DNA of 64,000 bases from a virus (taxonomy: Duplodnaviria > Caudoviricetes): the IMG/VR virus record IMGVR_UViG_3300031994_000025, positions 64,001 to 128,000 of that record; one strand, written 5' to 3'. Both the position numbers and the translations under genes were made by a program. Below are positions 46,686 to 55,563 of this stretch, in pieces. Positions within the stretch are counted from its first letter, which is position 1, and every line of letters begins with the position of its first letter. A model generated the notes under the pieces. The model worked only from the letters and a program-made list of their open reading frames with translations, was not told the DNA's origin and made no database searches.

Positions 46686-47060
46686 ATGAAATGGTTTACC
46701 AACAAGCAGAAACGACTCGAAATGATCCAGGCCATCAGACCCACCAGCCGCGCCACGCTGAAGATGCAGTGTCTCTTCGCAACCAAGGGCGACATCGACG
46801 AAGCAGCCAAACTGTATGACTACTTTGCCAAGGATATGCCCGAACTGCCGGACTACGACCCCGTGCCTCCCACGTGGATTGACAAGACGGGCGACGTGGC
46901 CAACGGCATCGTCAACTGGCTCGGACAAAACAAGGAGGCGCTGGCTCAGGGCTACGAGATCATCCGGGGCATCACAGGCAACCGACTGCCCCCGCTCATG
47001 GGCGGCGTCGCCGACGCCTCCACCACACCGGCAGAACCCCTGCCTCCCATCAACGAATAA
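46686..47060 (+). CDS. hypothetical island protein
   Basis: 124-aa ORF, GC3-rich. Confidence 0.7.
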   Translation: MKWFTNKQKRLEMIQAIRPTSRATLKMQCLFATKGDIDEAAKLYDYFAKDMPELPDYDPVPPTWIDKTGDVANGIVNWLGQNKEALAQGYEIIRGITGNRLPPLMGGVADASTTPAEPLPPINE

Positions 47061-47116
47061 CAGTTCAGTATGCTGCTGTATCACAGCAGCCAAACAATTA
47101 AAATCATCACGGCATT

Positions 47117-47344
47117 ATGAATGAGAAGAACAAACAACCGCTAAAGGGCTACCCGATCACCTTCCAGCTGTACGCTCACAGCGAGGAGGAAGCGGAGGAA
47201 GCACGCATGGCCATCGTGGCCTTCATCGGCCACCTGCGCCAGTACGGCATACCTGTCACGGGTAAGAAGGTGGCACAGGCCGCCGCAAATTGGGACCGCA
47301 ATCCCATCGTAAAGAACCAGATTATGAAACATTTCAAGGAATAG
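47117..47344 (+). CDS. hypothetical island protein
   Basis: 75-aa ORF. Confidence 0.7.
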   Translation: MNEKNKQPLKGYPITFQLYAHSEEEAEEARMAIVAFIGHLRQYGIPVTGKKVAQAAANWDRNPIVKNQIMKHFKE

Positions 47345-47349
47345 AGAAT

Positions 47350-47727
47350 ATGCCAGACTTAGACAACAAACCCACCGTCGGCACCGCTCCAGCAGCCCAG
47401 CCGACAACCGCCACGCAGGAGGCTCCGAAACCCGACCCTCGCCAGACCCTGAATCCCGACCCTCGCTCGGGCAACCAACCCGATCCTCGGTCGGCTTCAG
47501 AGGGCGCCCGCCAACCGCAGCCCAGACCCTGCCCGCAGGACTGCTCGAAGTGCTCCACGCCACAGCACATCTTCTGTTCGGCGAAGATGCTCTTCGACCT
47601 CTCGCGCGCCTATCAGGAACAGCGCCAGCAGCAGGCAGAACTGGTAAAGGCAGTGGCCGACATCCAACAGCAACTGAAGAAGGAGCAGGAAGTACAGCTC
47701 TCGCTGCCGTTCGACGCAGGAGCCTGA
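47350..47727 (+). CDS. Pro/Gln-rich protein with CxxxCxxC-x7-C motif
   Basis: PDPR repeats, CPQDCSKC...FC, C-terminal coiled coil. Confidence 0.7.
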   Translation: MPDLDNKPTVGTAPAAQPTTATQEAPKPDPRQTLNPDPRSGNQPDPRSASEGARQPQPRPCPQDCSKCSTPQHIFCSAKMLFDLSRAYQEQRQQQAELVKAVADIQQQLKKEQEVQLSLPFDAGA

Positions 47728-47836
47728 AAAAGAAAACCTAAGGTTTGCGATTTTGGCCGCCATAAGCACAAGAGGAGGACGGTGCAGAAAATAGAGCCTC
47801 GAAACAATCAACAACCAACACAAACAACAAACAACT

Positions 47837-48307
47837 ATGGCTTGTCAAACAAGAAATGGGAAGACGTACTTCAACAGTCTTACGCCATTCCCCGGCGGCA
47901 CTGCAGCCGCCACGTCGTATCTGCTTGATGCCACGCACTTCACCTGTGGCAACAAGAAGATGTGTATCAACTCGGCAGAGGGATTCCCTCTCGTCAACGC
48001 CTTCGAGGTGCAGGTGCTCGGCACGCCGCGCTCGCTGGGCGGCGACACCTACTGCTGTGACATCAGATGTATCTGCGACCTCACCTACCAGCAAGTCTAT
48101 GGCTGCTGCGGAGGGTGCCAGAACACCTGCCTGCAAACGGAGAAGATCGTGGTGACGCAGTGCGTCCCTTGTCCTTCGGCAGAGGTGCCGACGGTAACCG
48201 CCAACGGCGTCGTCTGCTCGCCGGTCGAGGTGCAGTGCGGATGCTCGTCCACCAATCAGGTACACGTCGAGTTCTCCTTCGAGGTGGCTGAACAGGCAGC
48301 GCCCTAA
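47837..48307 (+). CDS. Cys-rich beta-structured protein (16 Cys in 156 aa)
   Basis: Cys counted directly. Confidence 0.75.
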   Translation: MACQTRNGKTYFNSLTPFPGGTAAATSYLLDATHFTCGNKKMCINSAEGFPLVNAFEVQVLGTPRSLGGDTYCCDIRCICDLTYQQVYGCCGGCQNTCLQTEKIVVTQCVPCPSAEVPTVTANGVVCSPVEVQCGCSSTNQVHVEFSFEVAEQAAP

Positions 48308-48318
48308 CCACTGACGGT

Positions 48319-48349
48319 GTGCGGCGGTCCCGTGAAAGGACTGCCGCAC
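48319..48349 (+). terminator. stem-loop after the Cys-rich gene
   Basis: GTGCGGCGGTCC / GGACTGCCGCAC. Confidence 0.5.
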
Positions 48350-48365
48350 CTTATCCCCCTATGCC

Positions 48366-48734
48366 ATGCCCTGGATTGATATCGCCTGCATCATCATCGC
48401 CGCGACGTCGGCCAACCGCCTCGGACTCGTCGAGGCGGCCGAAAGCTTCATAGGCCGTCGCATCCCCGTCGTCAGTTGCTCGAAGTGCCTGACGTTCTGG
48501 AGCGTCCTCGCCTGGTGCTGTCTTGTATGCTGCGATAACATCGCGGCCCTCCCGCGCAGCCTGCCGCAACTGCTCGCCGTATCATTCCTCGCATCCTATC
48601 TTGCCATCTGGCTCGAACTGCTGATGGCCTGTATCGACACTATTTACAACAAAGTATATGAAAAAATCATCAACCCCGAAACAGACACCGAAGGCCCTGG
48701 AGAAGAAGACGGAGGCGAAGGCCAAGACTCCTGA
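48366..48734 (+). CDS. membrane protein with CxxC-x-x-FW motif (DUF1360-like)
   Basis: VSCSKCLTFWS flanked by hydrophobic helices. Confidence 0.65.
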   Translation: MPWIDIACIIIAATSANRLGLVEAAESFIGRRIPVVSCSKCLTFWSVLAWCCLVCCDNIAALPRSLPQLLAVSFLASYLAIWLELLMACIDTIYNKVYEKIINPETDTEGPGEEDGGEGQDS

Positions 48735-48899
48735 TGTCGCATCAGCCGCACAGCCCGTCTCGTCTGTTGCTGTATCTCAGCAACAAAAAACCCGCCGTCC
48801 GCATCCGTCGGTAGCCCGCCGTCCGGCAACGCTCCCCGTTCATCACACGCCGCGCCTGCCTCACGCCAGGTGTCCGTTTTGCTAATCATCGAATCAATC

Positions 48900-49406
48900 A
48901 TGGAATGGACAATCAATGAAATGAAACAGGAGTTCGCCAACCTCTATCAGATGATGGCAACCTCCAACGAAGTAACCTACATGCACGTCTTCGGACAGGT
49001 GCATAAGGAAATGTTCGAGTGGCTGCTCGCCAACAAGCCCGACGTGGCCGAGGAGATGCTGCTGAAACTGGAGGCCATCCGCTGGTGCCAGTACCTTACG
49101 CCCAAGGAGGCCGACAAGATCATTGCCGGCATGGACCCCAAGGCACCATGGAGCCGCGAGGCATGGAAGAGCGCGATGTCATCCTTCGGCCTGCCGCTCG
49201 AAGAGCAGCCGTACTATAACCAGTGCGCCCTCTTCGTGGAGATGTCGAAGATGTACTCCGATTTCGGCGACACCATCGCCGAGATGCTCGGCAAGCCCCT
49301 CTCACCGACCGACAAGGATATCATCGCCGCATGCTATAAAATGGCCCTGAAAACCCTGAAGGACAAGGACTCCGTATACGACATCCGCCGCTACTTCGGT
49401 CTGTAG
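48900..49406 (+). CDS. conserved helical gut-phage protein
   Basis: YLTPKEADKII...PWS...YNQCALFVEMSKMYSDF...CYKMALKTLKDKD...IRRYF. Confidence 0.75.
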   Translation: MEWTINEMKQEFANLYQMMATSNEVTYMHVFGQVHKEMFEWLLANKPDVAEEMLLKLEAIRWCQYLTPKEADKIIAGMDPKAPWSREAWKSAMSSFGLPLEEQPYYNQCALFVEMSKMYSDFGDTIAEMLGKPLSPTDKDIIAACYKMALKTLKDKDSVYDIRRYFGL

Positions 49407-49448
49407 TCCAGTACGCTGCGATACCATCGCAGCCCAAATGACACCGCC

Positions 49449-49766
49449 ATGCCGACCCCATCCCTCGACCACCTCGCACGCCGCGAGTTGCTCCAGCGCA
49501 TCTACGACAAGATGACCGACGAGGAACGCCGCCTCTTCGTCATGATGACGTTGCAGCACCGCAGCACGGAGGACATCATCCGCGCCCTCGCCGAACGCCA
49601 GCACCGCGAGACGATGCAGGCGCTTCAGGCACAGCGTGAACAGATGGAGCGGATGGCCAGCCGCATGGAACGGCAGAACTGGTACACGGACTTCGGATCG
49701 GACGTGGCAGCCAACCTGTTCACCGACGGGCTGATATGGCTTGCCCGCCGTCTCTTCCGACATTAG
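49449..49766 (+). CDS. coiled-coil protein with C-terminal amphipathic helix
   Basis: 105-aa ORF closing the island. Confidence 0.7.
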   Translation: MPTPSLDHLARRELLQRIYDKMTDEERRLFVMMTLQHRSTEDIIRALAERQHRETMQALQAQREQMERMASRMERQNWYTDFGSDVAANLFTDGLIWLARRLFRH

Positions 49767-49920
49767 CCCACCGTGCCGTGCGCTTCTCAGTACGGATCAC
49801 ATCTATCATTCGCCGTGAATGATCCTGCGGGGCGCTCAGGCTTTCTGTGGCCTTTGCGCCCCGCTTTTCTATGCCCTTGCTTTTCTTCCCCTCCGCACCT
49901 ATCTTTCGGCAAAAAGACTC

Positions 49921-50403
49921 ATGACCACTTGCAAAGAATTTGTCCTCGACGACCTCATGGCCATCACCGCCATTCCCGTCACAGACTTCAACCTCGGCTT
50001 TGCCGACTGGCAGATGAAGAAAACCATCCCCGCCAGTCAGTTCTCCCCCACCCTCGCACGCTCCATCACCATCGGGCAGCAGCCCGCCGTGTCAGACGCT
50101 GTGCTCATCCCAATCATGCGGCTGACTGGAAAGGCCAAGGACGACGAATCAGACAGCGTAGCCAGCCGCCTGCATCCCGTCAACGTCACCTGTCAGGTTG
50201 ACGACCGCGACCCGTCCGTCTGGGAGGACTTGCTCCGGCTGGAGCGCACGCCCTCCCATCTGCTCCTCACCTTCCGCGATAAGACGCGCGGCTTCGCATC
50301 CGCCACCATCGACACCTACCTATGCACAGCGGAACGCGACGGTGCAAAGGTGACCGTCACGTTCCGCATCCAGAACTATATGGGCATCCAGCTTATCGTC
50401 TGA
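49921..50403 (+). CDS. late (probably virion) protein
   Basis: Preceded by the TGCCCTTG late motif at 49872; beta-rich. Confidence 0.65.
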   Translation: MTTCKEFVLDDLMAITAIPVTDFNLGFADWQMKKTIPASQFSPTLARSITIGQQPAVSDAVLIPIMRLTGKAKDDESDSVASRLHPVNVTCQVDDRDPSVWEDLLRLERTPSHLLLTFRDKTRGFASATIDTYLCTAERDGAKVTVTFRIQNYMGIQLIV

Positions 50404-51061
50404 ACATCATACGCTTCTTGTCCTTTTTCTCTTCCTCCGGCTTTGCAGGTTCTGTCTTGTCGGCAGCGGTTTCCGTCGCAGTGGCATTCGCTATATCCTT
50501 CTCGTCGGGTTCGACTTCCTCCGCAGTCTTTGCGTCGCCGTCCTTTCCCATCACCGAGAAGCGCTTCCAGAGCGCGTCTATCTCATCCTGCACGGCGGTG
50601 GCGGTGGCAGTGAAGTGACGGCCGTAGCGCAGGTTTACGGGGCCTGTGACGGCGAAGTCTGGCAGCAGCAGGGCTGTGTCAGGCTGGGCGTAGTCGACGA
50701 GCGTGAGACGGTCCTTGAAAGGATTCTCCGCAAACCACTGCGAGGGCATGGGCGACTGCTCCGGCGAGAGGTCGGCCACGATGGTCATGTGGGCGACGTA
50801 GTTCAGGTAGCCATTGCCGTCCATGCGGGCACGCTGTTTCTTCATCCACTTTCCGATGATCTCCGCTGCCTGGTCGGGTATCGACGGGGCGGCTATCAGC
50901 ACTTCCGTCTCACAGTAGCGCGTCAATATTGCTGGCAGAAGTTCGGTCAGGCTCAGGTCGCCGTAGCCCTCAAAGTCTGTCTTGCCGTTAGTTCCGATAG
51001 CATCCCGCATTTCTCTTACATGCTTTTGTGCGCAACAAGGTTCTATTAAACGCATAATCAA
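50393..51061 (-). CDS. hypothetical protein
   Basis: 222-aa ORF downstream of the tail tube-like gene. Confidence 0.7.
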   Translation of the reverse strand: MIMRLIEPCCAQKHVREMRDAIGTNGKTDFEGYGDLSLTELLPAILTRYCETEVLIAAPSIPDQAAEIIGKWMKKQRARMDGNGYLNYVAHMTIVADLSPEQSPMPSQWFAENPFKDRLTLVDYAQPDTALLLPDFAVTGPVNLRYGRHFTATATAVQDEIDALWKRFSVMGKDGDAKTAEEVEPDEKDIANATATETAADKTEPAKPEEEKKDKKRMMFRR

Positions 51062-51091
51062 TAATTTTTAGTCCATAATTACTTAAACTAA

Positions 51092-51128
51092 CGAGGCCCA
51101 GGCTCGTTTGATGGGAGCCTGAGCCTCG
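51092..51128 (-). terminator. stem-loop after the tail tube-like gene
   Basis: CGAGGCCCAGGCTC / GAGCCTGAGCCTCG. Confidence 0.5.
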
Positions 51129-51173
51129 TGATGATTGAGAGATCCGGAGAGGATTCGCTTAGGGATTTGTCTG

Positions 51174-51737
51174 CTATTCCTCTTCCTCGATGGTGCCGTA
51201 CCACTTCACGGTGTCGTAAGGCTGATAGTTGCAAACGACCTGTGGAGTGGTGCCGTGATCGTCGGTACGCTGGGCACCGCTGTCGTTGCCCGAAGAGTAC
51301 TGGATGTCACCGTCGGGATTGCCAACGACCTTCCATTCCTTGCCTTCGGTAGTGGTCTTACCCGTGGGGAAGAAGCAGAGATAGCCACCGCCCATGTTGC
51401 TGAGACGGCGACCCAGGACGGCCATGTCGTCCTCGTTGGTGTCCACACGCCAGGTTCCAGTGTGGGCCCAGCCCGTACCTTCGCCGTTGTGCTCAGACGT
51501 CACCTGTCCGGTGGCAGACTTGAAGTCAATGCGGAAACCCTTCAGGGAGGGACTGGGATTCTGTCCAGTAGCACCTGCGGGAGTAATCGTGTACCGGTTC
51601 TTCTCGTCATCCACTTCAATCTTGGTGATGTGGTCGCTGTCGAGCGGCACAACCATCATGAACTTGCTCAGACCGGCAGGGTTCTCCTGACAGTTCTGAG
51701 AAGACTTTACGTGTTTGAAAGCGCAATCTAATGCCAT
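51174..51737 (-). CDS. major tail tube-like structural protein
   Basis: Follows the capsid gene; C-x-ENPAGL...GQVTSEHNGEG...VVGN...SG...D pattern of Bacteroidota phage tube proteins. Confidence 0.65.
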   Translation of the reverse strand: MALDCAFKHVKSSQNCQENPAGLSKFMMVVPLDSDHITKIEVDDEKNRYTITPAGATGQNPSPSLKGFRIDFKSATGQVTSEHNGEGTGWAHTGTWRVDTNEDDMAVLGRRLSNMGGGYLCFFPTGKTTTEGKEWKVVGNPDGDIQYSSGNDSGAQRTDDHGTTPQVVCNYQPYDTVKWYGTIEEEE

Positions 51738-51850
51738 AATATTCTTCTGTTTTTTTGTGTTGGTTGTTATTTTTCTTACTGATATTCCCCTGTCAGAGGG
51801 CGGCAGCGCGGGCGGCGATAGTCCCGCGCCGCCGCGCACCTCCGATGGGT

Positions 51851-53302
51851 TTAGCCCTTCACGTAGTAGGTCTTGCCAGACACTACCGCGGTGTCCTCAG
51901 TCAGAGAATACACGTCGCCGCTCTTCTCATACCAGCCCTTCTCAGCGGGGTTGCCAGAGGGGTTATCTACGGCTGTGTAGGTGGGAGTCTCGGCGCCGCC
52001 GTCGCCAGATCCGCCGTTGCCGCCGTCAGCAGTTTCCTCGAACTGTGCCACCAGGTGAACAACGCCACCGCCGAAGGTGTAGTTGAACGGGTTGGCACCG
52101 TTGATAATCTGGCCGCTGATGCCCTCAGACCAGCCTACGAACACGTAGCCGCTCTTCGGAGTAGCCTTGACGGTGATGACGTCGCCCTCCTTGTAGAGGT
52201 CCTTCTCGCCGCTGGCCAGCTCGGCAGTACCCTTCTCGTCGTCAGAGGTGGCGACGGTGAAGATGTCGGCGATGTAGTCGCCTGCAGGCACGTTGTTCGG
52301 CGTGTTCACTTGCTCGTTCACGCAAATCACCTTCGGCGAGTAGTCGTAGATACGAGTAGCCTGGGCGGTCTGAATCTGGTAGTCGAACAGGTTGTGGTCG
52401 TCGGGGTTCATGGCCACGGTGATGTTTGACTGGCCCTCGGGGCGCACGTCGCAAACATACTCCAGGTTGTCGGGCAGAGAGAAGATGATCTGCGAGCCCT
52501 TACCCATAGAGGTATGGGTCACGATGGTCAGGTTCTTCATCTGGGCGAACTTCCAGCCGTCCTTCAGCGTCTCGGGCGACAACTGCGGGTGCATGATCAT
52601 GTAGCCCTCGATGATGTGGTCGGCCAGCCCCTGCGACATGTAGGCCAGCAGCTCGTCGGCGGCGCGCAGGTCGTCGTTCAGCGCGTTGTAGGCTGCCTTG
52701 AACTTCGTGTAGGCCACGTCGCTCTCCATAGCCATCAGGTCGCCGGTCTCAATCAGGTTGCCGATTTCCTTGCTGATGTAGCCGCGAGTGATACCCTTGG
52801 CGACCTTGGTGTAGATGCCGTCGTAGAGCGACAGGCCCTTCTTCACCAGGTTGGCCTTCGTCTCGGGCAGCTTGTCGTTCTCCTCGTTGCCGAAGAAGAA
52901 GTTGGCGCGGACGTCCTTGGCATGGCGGTCGGCAATCTTGTTGATGAGGAACGTGGTCTTCTCGGCGTTGTTTGATCCGTCGGGGTTCACGTGGAAGGGT
53001 TCCTTCTCACGATACTTCTGCACGTTGTCCTGCGGGTGAGTTACTGCGAGAATCACCTTGGTGGGGTTCTCAATCATGGTTCCGAGTTCCACCTTCTTGA
53101 CGGCACCCTGCTTGTACTGGCGTGCCAGCAGGCCCTTGTCGTTGAAGATGAACACCTTGTCGATATTCTCGACATCGGTAGTGACCTTTACGTGGAGATC
53201 CTCCAGCATTCGGTCGTTCAACATGGAGGCGCGAGCCACCAGGTCGACGTGCATCTGTTCGGTAACAGTCTGCACCTGAGAGAGGTTGATTGCGTTTGGC
53301 AT
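51851..53302 (-). CDS. major capsid protein with C-terminal decoration domains
   Basis: Directly downstream of the protease/scaffold gene; LYDGI motif; C-terminal B-repeat-like domain (VITVKATPKSGYVFVGWS). Confidence 0.75.
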   Translation of the reverse strand: MPNAINLSQVQTVTEQMHVDLVARASMLNDRMLEDLHVKVTTDVENIDKVFIFNDKGLLARQYKQGAVKKVELGTMIENPTKVILAVTHPQDNVQKYREKEPFHVNPDGSNNAEKTTFLINKIADRHAKDVRANFFFGNEENDKLPETKANLVKKGLSLYDGIYTKVAKGITRGYISKEIGNLIETGDLMAMESDVAYTKFKAAYNALNDDLRAADELLAYMSQGLADHIIEGYMIMHPQLSPETLKDGWKFAQMKNLTIVTHTSMGKGSQIIFSLPDNLEYVCDVRPEGQSNITVAMNPDDHNLFDYQIQTAQATRIYDYSPKVICVNEQVNTPNNVPAGDYIADIFTVATSDDEKGTAELASGEKDLYKEGDVITVKATPKSGYVFVGWSEGISGQIINGANPFNYTFGGGVVHLVAQFEETADGGNGGSGDGGAETPTYTAVDNPSGNPAEKGWYEKSGDVYSLTEDTAVVSGKTYYVKG

Positions 53303-53477
53303 ATTCTCTACTGTTTTTGTGTTGGTGAATATTATTTTTGTCTTTGTGTTGTTAGCCGCAATTTAGCGTGATGCGTCAGGCAAATCAAGGGCAGACGAAC
53401 CGAGTGCAGAATCCATGAGCTCGCTCAATGGTTATGCCGAGGTGAGGAATGCGCTCGGTCGAATACCAAGGGCAGCC

Positions 53478-55415
53478 TTAGCGGCGGTGATTGCGGGCGG
53501 CGATTTCCTCGTCCTGCTTGCGCAAGGCGGCGGCAATCTCCTTGGGAGTCATGCCCGGCTTCACAGCACTCTTGATGCCGTTATACTGGGGAGCGTCGCC
53601 TGTTCCGTTGTCCTGCGGAATACCGGCACCGGCGTCCACCATCGGCGCTGGCTTCTCCGAGAGTTCCTTCACCTCGCTCTGCAGCTCCTTCACCTGCTTG
53701 TTCAGCTTCTCGATGGTAGCCACGTGCTCGGCAATCTTTGCCTCGGCAGCGGTGATAGCCTTGCCCTTCTCGTCCACCTCGGCGGTCAGCGTCTCGATGG
53801 TCTTGTCGCGCTCGGCGAGGGTGGCGTTGGCCTGGTCGCGCTCTTCGGCGATGCCGTTCAGCGTAGCCAGCGTTTCCTTCAGCTGGGCAATCTCCTTGTC
53901 CTTCTCGGCAATCTTCTGCTCCGCCGTGTGCAGCGTATCAGTGATCTTGTCGATCTCGGCAGCGGCGTTCTCCTGAGCCTCCTGCGATGCAGGTTCCTGA
54001 GCGGCACCCTGTGCGCCCTCGCCAGAGCCGTCGCCGTCGCCAGCGGCCTCGCCGCCCTGCGCTCCGGCGTTATCTTCTGCGGCAGCAGCCTGTGCGCCAG
54101 CCTGCTCCTGTGCGTTCTCCCCTGCGGCCTGCTGACCGGCAGCGGGTTCCTCGTTGGCGGGAGCCTCCTGTGCGGCTTGCTCCTGCCCAGCCTCCTGTGC
54201 GGCGGCTTCCTGTGCGGCCTGGGCTGCGGCAGCCTCCTGGGCCTTCTTCTCTTCGTCTGTCATATCTTCTTGGTTTTGGGGTTTGGCTATCTCTACAGTC
54301 TTAGGACCGAAAAAGCCCTGCTCTTCTTTCTTTACATGACCGTCATCGACTATTCTCAGGTCGCCACGGCTCGTAGCGACAGCGGCTTTCTGCTGTGCGT
54401 TGAGTTTGGCCATCTCCTCCGGCTCCTCACCATCCGGCTCCTCACCATCCGGTTCGTTCTTAGGCTCTGCTGTCACCAGACGTGCGGCTGTCAGCGTCTC
54501 ATTGGCCAGTTCGTAGATGCACTCGATGGCGCGGTTCATGTCGCCTATCTCATCGACCAGTGCCGGCATCACCTCCTGCGCCTCGAACACCTTTCCCGTC
54601 AGCATGTCGGCAGTAACCAGCGGACGGTTCTCACGCACCGTCTGGTGGAACTGTTCGGTATCCTTATCGAGTTCTGCCTGCAGCTTCTCATACTCACCTG
54701 CGGCAGCCTCGCGATACCAGTCGTTCTTCTCGGGGCAGTCCTTACCGACGAGCTCTACATAGCGGTAGCCGTCCTGATCGACGGTATCATGGGCGACGGC
54801 CCAGAAAGCGGCCATCGTGCCGATGCAGCCGAACTCGTCGTGGGGGTTCATCACCACCACGCGGTCGCAACGGCAGGCAAGGTTCACGCCGCTGCTGCAG
54901 CACATGCCGTCAACGAAGGCCACGGTGGGCTTGCCGGCCCGTCGACAGTCGTCAATCATCATCTCGTAGTCGTTACGGCACGATGCCTGTCCGCCCGGCG
55001 TATTGATGAGGAACAGGTGGCCTATCACCTGTGGAATCTGGTTGGCGTACATCACCTGATCACGGAAGTCCTTGGTGCCATACGAGCAGCCGTCGCCGTC
55101 GCGGGTCACGGGACCGTCCACCACCACCACATTGATAATCTCGTCGTCCTCCTGCAGTTCCTCGTCGTTCCAGTACAGGTGACGCTCTATGCGGTGGATG
55201 TTGCCGACGTACAGCTTATCCTCGAAGTTGGCTCCTACGGTCTTGCCGTCCTTCTGGTAGCCCTTCTTCGAGAGGAAGTAGCCGTGCTGCTTTTCTATAT
55301 CGTTGGGCAGGTGCAGCTCTACGGCATTCTTCAGCGCGTCGGCATACGTCTGTGCCAGGTCTGGGCGGAAGTCCCAGACCTTGTTGTGCATGATGTTCAA
55401 TAGTCCGATATTCAT
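53478..55415 (-). CDS. S49/ClpP-type prohead protease fused to a coiled-coil scaffold
   Basis: LINTPGG, KPTVAFVDGMCCSSG, FGCIGTM, LVDEIG; Ala/Gln/Glu-rich linker and coiled coil. Confidence 0.88.
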   Translation of the reverse strand: MNIGLLNIMHNKVWDFRPDLAQTYADALKNAVELHLPNDIEKQHGYFLSKKGYQKDGKTVGANFEDKLYVGNIHRIERHLYWNDEELQEDDEIINVVVVDGPVTRDGDGCSYGTKDFRDQVMYANQIPQVIGHLFLINTPGGQASCRNDYEMMIDDCRRAGKPTVAFVDGMCCSSGVNLACRCDRVVVMNPHDEFGCIGTMAAFWAVAHDTVDQDGYRYVELVGKDCPEKNDWYREAAAGEYEKLQAELDKDTEQFHQTVRENRPLVTADMLTGKVFEAQEVMPALVDEIGDMNRAIECIYELANETLTAARLVTAEPKNEPDGEEPDGEEPEEMAKLNAQQKAAVATSRGDLRIVDDGHVKKEEQGFFGPKTVEIAKPQNQEDMTDEEKKAQEAAAAQAAQEAAAQEAGQEQAAQEAPANEEPAAGQQAAGENAQEQAGAQAAAAEDNAGAQGGEAAGDGDGSGEGAQGAAQEPASQEAQENAAAEIDKITDTLHTAEQKIAEKDKEIAQLKETLATLNGIAEERDQANATLAERDKTIETLTAEVDEKGKAITAAEAKIAEHVATIEKLNKQVKELQSEVKELSEKPAPMVDAGAGIPQDNGTGDAPQYNGIKSAVKPGMTPKEIAAALRKQDEEIAARNHRR

Positions 55416-55563
55416 AATCGTCCGTGTTGTTAATTGTTTCTGATTGCATTATAATGGCAGGCGCATTGATAATCAAGGGCAGGTTTTACGATGTATGATG
55501 TATGATGGAAGATGGAAGATGTGCGCTGGAGCATTTCATCCATCAGCCATCATCCATCAGCCA

